A stretch of DNA of 64,000 nucleotides from an uncultured Gemmatimonadaceae bacterium (GTDB lineage Bacteria > Gemmatimonadota > Gemmatimonadetes > Gemmatimonadales > Gemmatimonadaceae). The stretch spans positions 64,001 to 128,000 of the forward strand of contig CAWGJO010000020.1 of the NCBI GenBank assembly GCA_963822945.1, in the 5' to 3' direction. Both the position numbers and the translations under genes were made by a program. Below, in pieces: positions 1-13,948 of this stretch (position 1 is its first letter; each line of letters begins with the position of its first letter). The notes under the pieces are model-generated. The model saw nothing but the letters and a program-made list of their open reading frames with translations. It was not told the DNA's origin and searched no databases.

Positions 1-92
1 ACCTGGCGGATCTCAACCTTGCCGTCGGTCAACGTGTCCTTCGGCGTCTGCTTCGGCCCCTTGCCGGGGTGCCACACGAAGGTGCGTGCCAT
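1..92 (-). CDS. rpmD: 50S ribosomal protein L30, N-terminal part (runs off the window edge)
   Basis: ATG at 92 overlaps the rpsE stop (TGATG); translates [30 protein letters not shown], ending in an L30-like K-V-x-I-x-Q start; canonical position after rpsE. Confidence 0.75.
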   Translation of the reverse strand, partial: MARTFVWHPGKGPKQTPKDTLTDGKVEIRQ

Positions 93-854
93 CAGACCGC
101 CTCCTTCACGTGCGCGCGCGACCGGTAGCCGAGCGAGGCCGGCTCCACACCGCGCTCCCGCGCCACCTGCTCCACCGTGGTCAGCGACTGCAGCCCGTTC
201 ATCGTCGCCCGCACCATGTTGTGCGGATTCGACGAGCCGAGGCTCTTGGTCAGGATGTCCGCGATGCCCGCGCACTCGAGCACGGCGCGCACCGCGCCGC
301 CGGCGATCACGCCGGCACCGGGCGCCGCCGGCTTCATCATGACGCGGCCCGCGCCGTAGTGGCCCGTGATCGCGTGCGGAATCGTGGCGCCGGTCAGCGG
401 CACCTGCACCATGTGCCGGCGCGCCGCTTCCACCGCCTTGCGGACCGCTTCCGAGACCTCGTTGGCCTTGCCGGCGGCGAAGCCGACCTTGCCCTGGCCA
501 TCGCCCACCGCCACGAGAGCGTTGAACGAGAACCGCCGGCCGCCCTTCACGACCTTGGCCACGCGGTTGATCGCGATCACGTTCTCGATCAGATCGCTGC
601 CTTCTCCGCGGTCGCCGCGCGAGTCGCCGCCAGGGCCACCGCGCCCGCGCCCGCCGCCGTCACGGCCGCCGGGCCCACGCCCGCCGCCCGGACCACCGCG
701 TCCGCGTCCGCCACCGCCCGGGCCACCGCGCCCGCGGCCACCACCACCCGGACCGCCGCGCCCGGCGGCCACCACCGCCGCCGCCACCCCGACGGGGTGC
801 CGGACCGGTCGGCGCAGCCGGCGCCGTCGTTGCCTGCTTCTGGTCTTGTTCCAT
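92..854 (-). CDS. rpsE: 30S ribosomal protein S5 with Gly/Arg-rich N-terminal extension; one extra base near 768
   Basis: [16 protein letters not shown]...[12 protein letters not shown] core in ORF 92-787; ATG at 854 right after the rplR stop (MEQDQKQ) joins the core if one C is removed from GGCCGCCGGG. Confidence 0.92.
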
Positions 855-856
855 GA

Positions 857-1210
857 TTAAAACTCCAGACCGCCCTCGCGGGCGCCTTCGGCCACCGCTT
901 TCACGCGGCCGTGGTACTGGTAACCGGCGCGGTCGAACACCACGCGAGTGATCCCTGCGGCTTTCGCCTTCTCGGCGATCGACTTGCCCACCTGCACGCT
1001 CCGCTCCGACTTCTTCCCCTCGGCGACCGCCGAGCTGGACACCGTCATGAGCGTGCGCCCGGCCACGTCGTCCACCAACTGGGCGTAGATGTGCTTGAGC
1101 GAACGGAATACGACGAGCCGTGGCCGTTCGGCCGTGCCCGTGATCCGACGGCGGACCCGAAGGTGCCGGCGGACGCGCTTCTGCTCGCGCGTCTTCGGAA
1201 TGATCGCCAT
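857..1210 (-). CDS. rplR: 50S ribosomal protein L18
   Basis: [32 protein letters not shown] motifs; spc order. Confidence 0.97.
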   Translation of the reverse strand: MAIIPKTREQKRVRRHLRVRRRITGTAERPRLVVFRSLKHIYAQLVDDVAGRTLMTVSSSAVAEGKKSERSVQVGKSIAEKAKAAGITRVVFDRAGYQYHGRVKAVAEGAREGGLEF

Positions 1211-1749
1211 TACTTGCCTCCCGCCTTGCCGGCCTTCCGCCGGATCTGCTCGCCCGCGTACTTGATGCCCTTGCCCTTGTAGGGCTCGGGGGGCCGCAGG
1301 TTGCGCAGCTCTGCCGCCACCTGGCCCACCATCTCCTTGTCGGCGCCCTCGATCACGATCTGCGTCGGCTGCGGCGCCGTGAGCTTCACGCCCTTGGGAG
1401 CCTTGTACTCGATCTGGTGCGAGAACCCGAGCGCCAGCTGCAGGCCGTAGGGCCGCGCTTCCGCCTTGTATCCCACGCCCGTGATCTCGAGCTGCTTCTG
1501 ATAGCCCTTCGTCACCCCTTCCACCATGTTCGCCACGAGGGTGCGCGACAGGCCGTGCAGTGCCTTGTGCCGGTCCTCATCCGAGGGACGCGTCACCTTC
1601 AGGACGTCGTTCTCGAGCACGATCCCCACCTCCCGGTGGAGCGTGCGCGACAACTCGCCACGCGGACCCTTCACCTGCACCGTCTGGCCGTTCACCGTCA
1701 CCGTGACGCCCTTGGGCACCGGGATCGGCAGCTTTCCGATTCGCGACAT
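1210..1749 (-). CDS. rplF: 50S ribosomal protein L6
   Basis: MSRIGKLPI start; [13 protein letters not shown] signature. Confidence 0.97.
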   Translation of the reverse strand: MSRIGKLPIPVPKGVTVTVNGQTVQVKGPRGELSRTLHREVGIVLENDVLKVTRPSDEDRHKALHGLSRTLVANMVEGVTKGYQKQLEITGVGYKAEARPYGLQLALGFSHQIEYKAPKGVKLTAPQPTQIVIEGADKEMVGQVAAELRNLRPPEPYKGKGIKYAGEQIRRKAGKAGGK

Positions 1750-1759
1750 GACGTGCCCC

Positions 1760-2158
1760 CTACCAGACGAACGCGAGGAGCTCGCCGCCGGTGCGCTTCT
1801 GACGCGCTTCCCGATCCGACATGAGCCCCTGCGAGGTGGAGAGGATGGCCACGCCCAGCCCGTTGCGGACACGCGGGATCTCCCGCGCCCCGACGTAGCG
1901 GCGAAGCCCGGGCGTCGAGACGCGCTGCAGGTTGCGGATCACGGGCGTGTCGCCCGCGTACTTCAGCCGCACACGCAGCACTTTTCGGCCGTCCTCGGTT
2001 TCGATCGTCTGGTAGTCCCGAATGAAGTTCTCCTGCTTCAGGATCCGTGCGATCTCGGTCTTCAGCTTCGATACCGGCATATCGACGCGGCGGTGCTTCG
2101 ATCCGCAGGCATTGCGGATGCGCGTCAGCATGTCGGCAATCGGGTCGGTCATGCTCAT
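1760..2158 (-). CDS. rpsH: 30S ribosomal protein S8
   Basis: MTDPIADMLTRIRNA; GLGVAILSTSQG; GGELL. Confidence 0.98.
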   Translation of the reverse strand: MSMTDPIADMLTRIRNACGSKHRRVDMPVSKLKTEIARILKQENFIRDYQTIETEDGRKVLRVRLKYAGDTPVIRNLQRVSTPGLRRYVGAREIPRVRNGLGVAILSTSQGLMSDREARQKRTGGELLAFVW

Positions 2159-2321
2159 GGTGGTGTCCCTTTCCCGCCGTATCCTCGCGGACGTGCGGAA
2201 TTTCAGATGTGAACGTTGCTGCTCGAACCAACTGCAGGTTGGTCCGTCGGCTGGTCGGTCGGCCGCGCCCGGCCTGTTCGAACCACCCGGCGGTCGACCT
2301 GCCGTCCTCCCGTTCTACCGT

Positions 2322-2507
2322 CTACCAGCTCGCTTTGCGCACGCCCGGGATCATCCCGTTCAGCGCCAGCTCGCGGAAGCAGATGCGGCAGAGTCCGAAC
2401 CGCCGAAGGTAGGCGCGTGAGCGCCCGCACCGGCCGCAGCGATTGTGCTGCCGCACGGGGAACTTCGGCTTCCGGTTGGCCTTCTCGATCATGGCCTTTC
2501 GAGCCAT
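2322..2507 (-). CDS. rpsN: 30S ribosomal protein S14, zinc-binding (type Z)
   Basis: 61 aa, RCGRCGR...LCRICFRE...PGVRKASW. Confidence 0.97.
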   Translation of the reverse strand: MARKAMIEKANRKPKFPVRQHNRCGRCGRSRAYLRRFGLCRICFRELALNGMIPGVRKASW

Positions 2508-2534
2508 AGCATTCTCTCCAGGTGTGAACGGCGC

Positions 2535-3222
2535 CTACTGCAGGCGCCCGCCCTTCTTGTCTTCGCCCTTGAAGGGCATGCCCAGTTCCTTCAGGAGGCC
2601 CAGGGCGTGATCGTCGCGCGTCGCCGTGGTGACGAACGTGATATCCATGCCGTGGATCTGTTCGACGGTGTCGTAGTTGATCTCCGGGAAGATCATCTGC
2701 TCCTTGACGCCCAGCGAGTAGTTGCCCCGCCCATCGAACGACCGTGTGGGCAGGCCCCGGAAGTCGCGCACGCGCGGGATCGAGACCGAGATGAACCGGT
2801 CGAGGAACTCCCACATGCGCGCGCCGCGCAGCGTCACCGCCGCCCCGACGTCCTGTCCCTGCCGCAGCCCGAAGTTGGCGATCGACTTCTTGGCCTTCTT
2901 GCGCACCGGCTGCTGCCCGGTGATCGTGGCCAACTCCTCCACGACGGTATCGAGCACCTTCGGCTGCTTGATGGCCTCGCCCATGCCCACGTTCAGCACG
3001 ATCTTGGAGAGCGTGGGGACCTGGTGCGGGTTCTTGAACCCGAACTGCTCCATCAGCTTCGGCCGCACCACGTTCTGGTAGTGCGCGCGGAGCCGCGGCG
3101 GCGGCACCGGCAGGCCGGCGCCGGCATGGGTGCCACGAGCCTTGCCCTCGCCGCCCTTGCCGCCCTTGCGCCTTGCCGCTCTTCTCCTTGCCGCCCTGCG
3201 CCTGCTTTTCCTTGGTTGCCAT
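2535..3222 (-). CDS. rplE: 50S ribosomal protein L5 with Lys/Gly-rich N-terminal extension; frameshift near 3165-3170
   Basis: KIVLNVGMG, IPRVRDFRG, FDGRGNY in ORF 2535-3107; ATG at 3222 (MATKEK) follows rplX with an RBS and connects via a one-base shift in GGC-AAG repeats. Confidence 0.92.
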
Positions 3223-3238
3223 GGTCTATCGTCCTCGC

Positions 3239-3646
3239 TCAGCGCTTGGGATGGGGAATCGCGTCCCCGCTCTTGACGCCGATGCGCTCCTTGGTCCCGT
3301 CGTCGTCCAACCGCACGCGGACCCGGGTCGGTTCGCCCGACTTCGGATCGAGGAGCATCACGTTCGACGCGTGGACGGGGGCCGGCATCTCCAGAATCCC
3401 GCTCTGCTCGTCGGCGTTCTGCGCGCGCCGGTGCTTCTTCACGATGTTGATCCCCTCGACCAGGATCCGCCCGGTCTTCGGGTAGACGCGGAGGACCTTC
3501 CCCTCCTTGCCCTTGTCGTCGCCGCGCACCACGCGCACCGTGTCGCCCTTCACGACGTGGATCGGCAGCCGCGCTGCATTGATCTGGTGCCGCCGCCGGT
3601 TCACGGCCCGCGACCGGTCCGTCTTGCGGTATTCGTTCTTACGCAT
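3239..3646 (-). CDS. rplX: 50S ribosomal protein L24 with basic N-terminal extension
   Basis: KGDTVRVVRGDDKGKEGKV KOW motif; APVHASNV. Confidence 0.96.
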   Translation of the reverse strand: MRKNEYRKTDRSRAVNRRRHQINAARLPIHVVKGDTVRVVRGDDKGKEGKVLRVYPKTGRILVEGINIVKKHRRAQNADEQSGILEMPAPVHASNVMLLDPKSGEPTRVRVRLDDDGTKERIGVKSGDAIPHPKR

Positions 3647-3647
3647 G

Positions 3648-4016
3648 TTAGAGCACCTCCGGCGCCAGCGATACGATCTTCATGTATCGCTTCTCGCGCA
3701 GTTCGCGCGCCACGGGCCCGAAGATACGGGTGGCCCGCGGTTCCCCCTGGTCGTTGATGATCACGACCGCGTTCTCGTCGAAGCGGATGTAGCTGCCGTC
3801 CTTGCGCCGCGTTTCCTTGGCCGTCCGGACCACCACCGCGCGCGCGACTTCCGCCTTCTTCACCGTGCCGTTCGGCAGCGCGTCCTTCACGGCGACGATC
3901 ACCACGTCGCCAAGGCCGGCGTATCGCCGTCGCGTGCCCCCGAGGACGCGGATCACGAGCGCCTTCTTGGCGCCCGAATTGTCCGCCACCCGGACTATGG
4001 ATTCCTGTTGAATCAT
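3648..4016 (-). CDS. rplN: 50S ribosomal protein L14
   Basis: [24 protein letters not shown]. Confidence 0.98.
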   Translation of the reverse strand: MIQQESIVRVADNSGAKKALVIRVLGGTRRRYAGLGDVVIVAVKDALPNGTVKKAEVARAVVVRTAKETRRKDGSYIRFDENAVVIINDQGEPRATRIFGPVARELREKRYMKIVSLAPEVL

Positions 4017-4028
4017 CGGTCGTTCCTC

Positions 4029-4319
4029 TTAGCGTGCGCGATCGACGATCTCGACCAACCGCCACCGCTTGTCCTTCGACAGCGGCCGGGTCTCCATGAT
4101 GCGCACCTTATCGCCCAGCTTCGCCGAGTTCTCCTCGTCGTGGGCTTTCACCTTCCGCGTGCGCGTCACCATCTTGCCGTAAATGGGGTGGGGCACCCGG
4201 CGCTCGAGCGCGACCACGACCGTCTTCTGCATCTTGTCGCTCACCACCAGGCCCACGCGCGTCTTGCGCGACGTGCGTGCCTGGGCGGCGGCGGTGTTGG
4301 GATTCGTCATGTCTGCCAT
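4029..4319 (-). CDS. rpsQ: 30S ribosomal protein S17
   Basis: [25 protein letters not shown]. Confidence 0.97.
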   Translation of the reverse strand: MADMTNPNTAAAQARTSRKTRVGLVVSDKMQKTVVVALERRVPHPIYGKMVTRTRKVKAHDEENSAKLGDKVRIMETRPLSKDKRWRLVEIVDRAR

Positions 4320-4337
4320 TCCGTTGGTCGCTCCCCG

Positions 4338-4530
4338 CTAGCGTGCAGCCGTCGGCTGCCGCCGTTCACGCAGGATGGTCTTCAGGCGCGCGATGTCGCG
4401 CCGGATCGCGCGAAGCCGCAGCGGCTCCTCCAGCGGCTCCGAAGCACTCCGGAACTTGAGCCGGAACTGCTCCTCCTCGAGCGCGGCGATCCGCGCCGTG
4501 ATGTCGTCCGGCGTCAGCTCGCGAATTTCT

Positions 4531-4541
<11 letters not shown>
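4338..4541 (-). CDS. rpmC: 50S ribosomal protein L29
   Basis: MQAKEIREL...FRLKF...[10 protein letters not shown]; position after rplP. Confidence 0.94.
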
Positions 4542-4959
<418 letters not shown>

Positions 4960-4974
4960 TGGTCGTCGCCTCCC

Positions 4975-5634
4975 TTACATGCCGGAGGAGTAGGTGGTGC
5001 CACGACGGTCTTCCACGATCTCGCCCTTGAAGATCCACACCTTGACCCCGATGGTCCCGAAGGTGGTCTTCGCGGTCGACGTCGCGTAGTCGATATCCGC
5101 CCGCAGCGTGTGCAGCGGCACGCGTCCCTCGTGGTAGCCCTCGACGCGCGCGATCTCCGCGCCGCCCAGACGGCCGCCGCACTTGACCTTGATCCCCAGC
5201 GCGCCCATGCGCATCGCGCTCTGCACGGCGCGCTTCATGGCCCGCCGGAACGAGATGCGCTGTGCCAGCTGGCTGGCGATGTTGTCGGCCACGAGCTGCG
5301 CTTCCAACTCCGGCCGCTTGATCTCTTCCACGTTGATCCCGACTTCCTTACCGGTCAGGTGCGCCAGCTCATCGCGCAGCTTGTCCACCTCGGCGCCCTT
5401 CTTGCCGATCACCACGCCGGGCCGCCCCGTGTGCAGCGTCACCACCACCTTGCCGGGCTTGCGCTCGATCACGATGTCGGCGATCGCCGCGTGGCCGAGG
5501 CGCGCCTTCAGATACTTGCGCAGCAGCTCGTCCTCGCGCAGCAACGCCGGCAGCTCGCGTCCCGCGTAGTACCGCGAGCGCCACTGGCGGGAGACGCCCA
5601 GGCGGAAGCCGATCGGATGTGTCTTCTGTCCCAT
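4975..5634 (-). CDS. rpsC: 30S ribosomal protein S3
   Basis: [27 protein letters not shown]. Confidence 0.98.
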   Translation of the reverse strand: MGQKTHPIGFRLGVSRQWRSRYYAGRELPALLREDELLRKYLKARLGHAAIADIVIERKPGKVVVTLHTGRPGVVIGKKGAEVDKLRDELAHLTGKEVGINVEEIKRPELEAQLVADNIASQLAQRISFRRAMKRAVQSAMRMGALGIKVKCGGRLGGAEIARVEGYHEGRVPLHTLRADIDYATSTAKTTFGTIGVKVWIFKGEIVEDRRGTTYSSGM

Positions 5635-5996
5635 TAGCGATCTTCCCTCTCGCCCACCACGATTTCCACGTGGCTGGTGCGCTTCTGAATTGGTGTCGCC
5701 CGCCCCATGGCGGCCGGCGTGAATCGCTTGAGCTTCGGCCCCTCGTTGATCACGGCGTGCGTGATCATGAGCGTGTCCACATCCAGCGAGGTGCCCGCCG
5801 AGCGCGCCGCCTGCTCGGCATTCGCCACCGCCGAGCGCACGACCTTCTCGATCTGGTGCGCCGCGTGCTTCTTGGAGAACGCCAGCAGAGCCAGCGCCTC
5901 GTTCACGCTCTTGCCGCGAATCTGGTCGACGACCAGCCGCATCTTGTAGGGCGACTGCCGCGCCGTGCGCTGGATCGCCCGCGCCTGGGTGGCCAT
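5634..5996 (-). CDS. rplV: 50S ribosomal protein L22
   Basis: [24 protein letters not shown]. Confidence 0.97.
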   Translation of the reverse strand: MATQARAIQRTARQSPYKMRLVVDQIRGKSVNEALALLAFSKKHAAHQIEKVVRSAVANAEQAARSAGTSLDVDTLMITHAVINEGPKLKRFTPAAMGRATPIQKRTSHVEIVVGEREDR

Positions 5997-6317
5997 TTAC
6001 CTGCCCCCTCGCGCCGGGGCGCCGCCCGCGGCCGCCGGCGCCTTCTTGTCGGCCGCCTTCGCGCCCGTGTGGCCGCGGAACAGCCGCGTCGGCGAGAACT
6101 CGCCCAACCGGTGCCCCACCATGTTCTCGGTCACGTACACCGGCACGAACTTGTTGCCGTTGTGAACCGCGAACGTGTGCCCCACGAATTCGGGTAGCAC
6201 GGTGCTGGCGCGCGACCAGGTCTTGATCACGCGCTTCTCGTTATTGGCGTTGAGGAGGCTGACCTTCTTGGCCAGCGCCTCCTGAACGAACGGTCCCTTC
6301 TTGACGCTTCGTCCCAT
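5997..6317 (-). CDS. rpsS: 30S ribosomal protein S19
   Basis: [27 protein letters not shown]. Confidence 0.98.
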   Translation of the reverse strand: MGRSVKKGPFVQEALAKKVSLLNANNEKRVIKTWSRASTVLPEFVGHTFAVHNGNKFVPVYVTENMVGHRLGEFSPTRLFRGHTGAKAADKKAPAAAGGAPARGGR

Positions 6318-6332
6318 AGTCTTGGCCCCGAG

Positions 6333-7163
6333 TTACTTCGTCGCCTTGCCGCGCTTCCGACCGCGGACGATCAGCCGCTGCGACGCCTTCTTCTTGTTGC
6401 GCGTCTTCACGCCCTCCGGCTTGCCCCACGGACTCACCACGTTCCGGCCGCCGCGCGTGCGGCCGCCGTGCGGATGGTCCACGGGGTTCATCACTTCACC
6501 ACGCACCTTCGGACGGCGACCCTTCCACCGCGTCTTGCCGGCCTTGCCCCACGACACCAACTCGTGTTCGGCGTTGCCGACCTCGCCAATCGTCGCCATG
6601 CAGCGGGCGTGCACCAGCCGCATCTCGCTCGACGAGAGCCGCAGCGTTACGTAGTCCCCTTCCTTGGCCACCACCTGGGCCGACGTGCCGGCCGACCGGC
6701 AGATCTGGCCGCCCTTGCCGATCTTCAACTCGATGTTGTGCACCGCGGTCCCGAGCGGAACCTCCGACAGCGGCATCGCGTTCCCGACGCGGATGTCCGC
6801 GCCCGGCCCCGCGACCACGCTGTCGCCCACGGCCAGCCCCTTCGGATGCAGCATGTAGCGCTTCTCGCCGTCCGCGTACTCCACGAGGGCAATGCGCGCC
6901 GAGCGGTTCGGATCGTACTCGATCTCGCGCACCACGCCGGTCACGCCGGCCTTGTTGCGCTTGAAATCGATGCGACGGTACATCCGCTTGTGCCCGCCGC
7001 CGCGGCGGCGCATCGAGATGTGTCCGTGATTGTCCCGCCCGCCCGACTTCTTGAGCGGCTCCACCAGGGACTTCTCCGGCGTGCTCCGCGTGATCTCGGC
7101 AAAATCCGAGACCGAGCGGAACCGGGTGCCCTTGGTCACGGGCTTGAACTGACGAATGGCCAT
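6333..7163 (-). CDS. rplB: 50S ribosomal protein L2
   Basis: [22 protein letters not shown]. Confidence 0.98.
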   Translation of the reverse strand: MAIRQFKPVTKGTRFRSVSDFAEITRSTPEKSLVEPLKKSGGRDNHGHISMRRRGGGHKRMYRRIDFKRNKAGVTGVVREIEYDPNRSARIALVEYADGEKRYMLHPKGLAVGDSVVAGPGADIRVGNAMPLSEVPLGTAVHNIELKIGKGGQICRSAGTSAQVVAKEGDYVTLRLSSSEMRLVHARCMATIGEVGNAEHELVSWGKAGKTRWKGRRPKVRGEVMNPVDHPHGGRTRGGRNVVSPWGKPEGVKTRNKKKASQRLIVRGRKRGKATK

Positions 7164-7167
7164 CGGA

Positions 7168-7455
7168 TCAGCCCTCGAAGATCTCGATCGAATCGCCCTC
7201 GCGGAGCGTCACGATCGCCTTTTTCCAGTTCGGGCGGCGTCCGGCCGTCTGCCCCACGCGGCGTTCCTTGCCGCGCTGGTTCGACGTCCACACGCCGGTC
7301 ACTTTCACTCCGAACAACTGTTCGACCGCCAGCCGGATCTGGGGCTTCGTCGCCTTCGGGTGCACCTGGAAGGTGTACTCGCCGCGCTCCTGGAACGCGG
7401 ACGACGTCTGCTCCGTGATCACGGGGCGAACGATGGTCTCATGCGGTGTCGGCAT
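7168..7455 (-). CDS. rplW: 50S ribosomal protein L23
   Basis: [21 protein letters not shown]. Confidence 0.97.
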   Translation of the reverse strand: MPTPHETIVRPVITEQTSSAFQERGEYTFQVHPKATKPQIRLAVEQLFGVKVTGVWTSNQRGKERRVGQTAGRRPNWKKAIVTLREGDSIEIFEG

Positions 7456-7458
7456 CGC

Positions 7459-8331
7459 TTACTTCCCCTTCTTCTTGGTCGCCGACGGCTTCTTGGCTGC
7501 CGGCTTCTTGGCCGCCGTCTTCTTGGCGGCCGGCTTCTTGGCCGCGGCCTTCTTCTTGGCCGCGGGCTTCTTCGCCGCCGCCTTCTTGCGCGGGGCCGCC
7601 TTCTTCGCGGCCGGCTTGGCCTTCGCCTCCGCCTTCACCTTGGCGGGCTTTGCCGGCTTGGGCCGCTTCGCCTTCGGCTCCGCCGCCGTCTCGGCGACCG
7701 GCTCCAGCGTGTGCCCGAGCGCGCCCGCTTCCACCAGCACCACGTCCGACCAGAGCAGGTGGTACGTCGAGACATCGGCGTAGGGCATCACGTGCACCGT
7801 GGGCAGGTTCCGTCCGCTGAGGAACACGTTCGGCTTCACGCCGTCCGTGAGAATCAGCACCTTGCGGCCGGTCAGGTCGAGGCGGTCGATCAACGCCACC
7901 AACAGGTTCGTCTTCGGCGCTTCGTAGTCGAAGCGATCGATGACGAACAGGGAGTCCTCACGGGCCCGCGCGTTGAAGGCGCTCTTCCGCGCCAGCGCCC
8001 GTACCTGGCGCGGCACGTACTGCGCGTAGCTGCGCGGAATCGGGCCGAACACGGTACCGCCGCCCACCCAGTTCGGGGCGCGGGTGGAGCCCTGGCGCGC
8101 CCGGCCGGTGCCCTTCTGCCGCCACGGCTTCTGGTTGCCGCCGATCACGTACTTGCGAATCTTCGTCGCGGCGTTGCCCTGGCGCTGGTTGGCGAGATAC
8201 GCCTTCACCGCCTGGTGCATCACCGGCATGTTGACGGTGCCGTCGAACAGCGCTTCGGGCAGCGTCACCTTGTCGCGCGCCGTCCCCTTCGCCGTGAATG
8301 CGGCCGCCTGGAATGTCGTCTGGTCCGCCAT
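7459..8331 (-). CDS. rplD: 50S ribosomal protein L4 with Lys/Ala/Pro-rich C-terminal tail
   Basis: KPWRQKGTGRARQGS motif; ~75-aa KKPAAKK repeat tail. Confidence 0.97.
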   Translation of the reverse strand: MADQTTFQAAAFTAKGTARDKVTLPEALFDGTVNMPVMHQAVKAYLANQRQGNAATKIRKYVIGGNQKPWRQKGTGRARQGSTRAPNWVGGGTVFGPIPRSYAQYVPRQVRALARKSAFNARAREDSLFVIDRFDYEAPKTNLLVALIDRLDLTGRKVLILTDGVKPNVFLSGRNLPTVHVMPYADVSTYHLLWSDVVLVEAGALGHTLEPVAETAAEPKAKRPKPAKPAKVKAEAKAKPAAKKAAPRKKAAAKKPAAKKKAAAKKPAAKKTAAKKPAAKKPSATKKKGK

Positions 8332-8334
8332 GAC

Positions 8335-9018
8335 TTACCCCTGCTTCCGCACGAGCACGATGCCGTTCCTGGGACCGGCCACCGAGCCACGGATGTAGAT
8401 CAGATTGCGATCCGCGTCGATCTTCTCCACGCGGAGATGTGTTTGCGTATGCCGCGCGGCCCCGTAGTGCCCCGGCATCTTCTTGCCCTTGATGACGCGC
8501 GACGGGTCGGTGCCGGGTCCGATGGACCCGGGCCGCCGGTGCTTCGTGTTGCCGTGCGTGTTGGGCCCGCCGCCGAAGCCGTGGCGCTTGACCACGCCCT
8601 GGAAGCCGCGTCCCTTGCTGGTGCCCGTGACCTTGACCGTCTCGCCCGGCTGGAACAGCGCCACCGTGACCACGTCGCCGACGGCATACGTCGGGACCTC
8701 GGCGTCCTTCTTGCGCGCGTCGTCCAGACGGAAGCTGCGCAGGACGGCCGGCGGTGCTTCGAGCCCCGCCTTCTTGGCGTGGCCGATGGCGGCGTGGTTC
8801 GCGCGGCGTCCGCGCGGCGTCCGCTCGCCCTTGCCCGAGGCGCGCGCCAGGCGCTGCTGCCCGAGGCCGAGCTGCACGGCCGCATAGCCGACCTTGGCCG
8901 GATCGGTCACCGCGACCACCGGATTCGGTTCGGCCTCGATCACCGTCACCGGGATCTGCTGGCCCTCTTCATTGAAGATCTGGGTCATCCCCAGCTTCTT
9001 CCCAATCATTCCGATCAT
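8335..9018 (-). CDS. rplC: 50S ribosomal protein L3
   Basis: GKKLGMTQIF; GTSKGRGFQGVVKRH; KGKKMPGH. Confidence 0.98.
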   Translation of the reverse strand: MIGMIGKKLGMTQIFNEEGQQIPVTVIEAEPNPVVAVTDPAKVGYAAVQLGLGQQRLARASGKGERTPRGRRANHAAIGHAKKAGLEAPPAVLRSFRLDDARKKDAEVPTYAVGDVVTVALFQPGETVKVTGTSKGRGFQGVVKRHGFGGGPNTHGNTKHRRPGSIGPGTDPSRVIKGKKMPGHYGAARHTQTHLRVEKIDADRNLIYIRGSVAGPRNGIVLVRKQG

Positions 9019-9123
9019 GAGTTCCTCTGCGTAGTCACTGGCGCACCGCGCCAGGCGGACTGTGAAACGGCGGCGGTGGGCGGTCAGCCGTCGGCTGTCC
9101 GGACCCCGGCCACCCTTCCTGCG

Positions 9124-9432
9124 TTATTGCACTTTGATCTCGACGTCCACACCCGCCGGCAGGTCGAGCTTCGTGAGCGCGTCCACCGTCTGGGCGCGGG
9201 AATCGAGGATGTCGATCACCCGCTTGTGCGTCTTCAACTGGAACTGCTCCCGCGACTTCTTGTCGACGTGCGGCGAGCGCAGCACGGTCCACAACTGTGT
9301 CTTGGTGGGCAGGGGAATCGGACCCGACACCTGCGCGCCCGTCTTCTCCGCCGTCCGCACGATGTCCGCCGACGCCTGATCGATCACTGCGTGGTCGAAC
9401 GCCTTGAGACGGATGCGAATTCTGCCTGTCAT
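9124..9432 (-). CDS. rpsJ: 30S ribosomal protein S10
   Basis: [29 protein letters not shown]. Confidence 0.98.
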   Translation of the reverse strand: MTGRIRIRLKAFDHAVIDQASADIVRTAEKTGAQVSGPIPLPTKTQLWTVLRSPHVDKKSREQFQLKTHKRVIDILDSRAQTVDALTKLDLPAGVDVEIKVQ

Positions 9433-9454
9433 AGTTCGAATTCCGGGACTGTCT

Positions 9455-9493
9455 GACCGTCCGCCTGTCTGACTGTCAGACAGGCGGACGGTC
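9455..9493. repeat. Perfect 19-bp inverted repeat between tuf and rpsJ
   Basis: GACCGTCCGCCTGTCTGAC-T-GTCAGACAGGCGGACGGTC. Confidence 0.85.
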
Positions 9494-9502
9494 GAAGAGG
9501 AG

Positions 9503-10705
<1,203 letters not shown>

Positions 10706-10791
10706 GGTACTGTTCCCGATGAGTTGATCTGCTGCGTCCTTGACAATGGAAGGACGAACGGCCGATGCGCCGCTCCCTCCCGCTCTCCGAC

Positions 10792-12888
<2,097 letters not shown>

Positions 12889-13249
12889 AAGTGTTCTGAA
12901 GTCCCGTCCTGCAATCGGCGCGTCGCGAGGCGCCGGGTAATTGCCAATCGTACGGTTCAAACCTTCACCAACGAAAACGCGGGTGGACCGGGACGCTCCA
13001 GAGGAGCCGGTATCCATCCGCTGCCGCCGGGTGTGCCCGCCACTGCAGCGCGAGCCGGGACCCAAGGCGCGCCGAGCCACCTGCACTCGACGTCTGATTG
13101 TCCTGCGTTGCTTTTCGGGAACCTCGGCGCTACCCGCGCTCCGGCCGGTCTGTAGTCCCCTCGCTCCAATCGGCGAGCCCATAAGGGTCGGCGCGCAGTC
13201 CGCCGACGGTCCAGATGCCACGGATTCCAGAGATCAGAATTGCCGTAGC
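12889..13249 (-). ncRNA. Candidate structured cis-regulatory 5' leader of fusA
   Basis: ~360 nt between a predicted promoter and the fusA ATG; long hairpin 12979-13021 followed by GTTTT and an overlapping upstream hairpin 13019-13050. Confidence 0.5.
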
Positions 13250-13255
13250 CCCTTG

Positions 13256-13283
13256 AATTTATTGACAGTTGGACGATTGTCAA
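13256..13283 (-). promoter_or_regulatory. Sigma70-like promoter for fusA-tuf-S10
   Basis: TTGACA-16 nt-TAAATT on the minus strand; the -35 is one arm of a TTGACA-N10-TGTCAA palindrome. Confidence 0.7.
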
Positions 13284-13350
13284 CGGGCCGCACAGGCCAA
13301 TGTGCACCGGGTCCCGGCCCTACATTCCACCTGGTCGTTCTCGCCTTCTG

Positions 13351-13890
13351 ATGAGGTTGCGCTTCATGCCTCGCCGATCGCACCAAACGCTCGTTCGCAC
13401 CGGCCTCGCCCTCGCCCTCGCCCTCCTCCTGCTCCCCACCGCCACCCGGGCTCAGTCCGCCGTCCAGGCGGGCGGCGTCCCCGTGCCCGCGGCGAGCATC
13501 TTCCCCTTTCTCGGCGCCCGATTCGGCACGCCGGCGCGGTTCTCGGTCAGCGGCGGCATCGGCCTCAACCTCGACCCGGGAGCCGAAGCCACCCAGCCGT
13601 CGCGGGAGATCCTCCTCGCCCTCGCTCCGGGACTCGGCGCCGAGCGCGGGTCCCTGACCTTCGTCTACTCGCCGGGCCGCTTCGGTGGCGGGATCGCGGG
13701 CGGCGCTTCCGTGATCCGCACGATCGACCACCCCTGGAACGCGCCGGAGAACACCACCTACGTCGGCGTCGACCTCGCCGTGCTGCCCATCATCGCCATC
13801 GGGCCGCGGGTGGGGGTGCTCCGCCGGGTGAGCGGGGCCACGAACGACCGGCCCTGGATCTGGACGCTGGACTTCGGCTTCGGGTTCTAG
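13351..13890 (+). CDS. Hypothetical secreted protein, probable small outer-membrane beta-barrel (start 13351 or 13366)
   Basis: Signal peptide LALALALLLLPTATRA-Q; alternating beta-strand pattern; C-terminal WIWTLDFGFGF ending in Phe. Confidence 0.7.
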   Translation: MRLRFMPRRSHQTLVRTGLALALALLLLPTATRAQSAVQAGGVPVPAASIFPFLGARFGTPARFSVSGGIGLNLDPGAEATQPSREILLALAPGLGAERGSLTFVYSPGRFGGGIAGGASVIRTIDHPWNAPENTTYVGVDLAVLPIIAIGPRVGVLRRVSGATNDRPWIWTLDFGFGF

Positions 13891-13948
13891 CGCGCCCCCG
13901 CCGCACCGAGCGGGAGGGGGCACGCCCCTCCCGCCGGTATCCGGGCGA

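Noticed and set aside
12889..13221. 111-aa N-terminal extension of EF-G
   Set aside because: Canonical EF-G N-terminus starts at 12888 and upstream codon usage is atypical; treated as leader RNA, though translation is not excluded.
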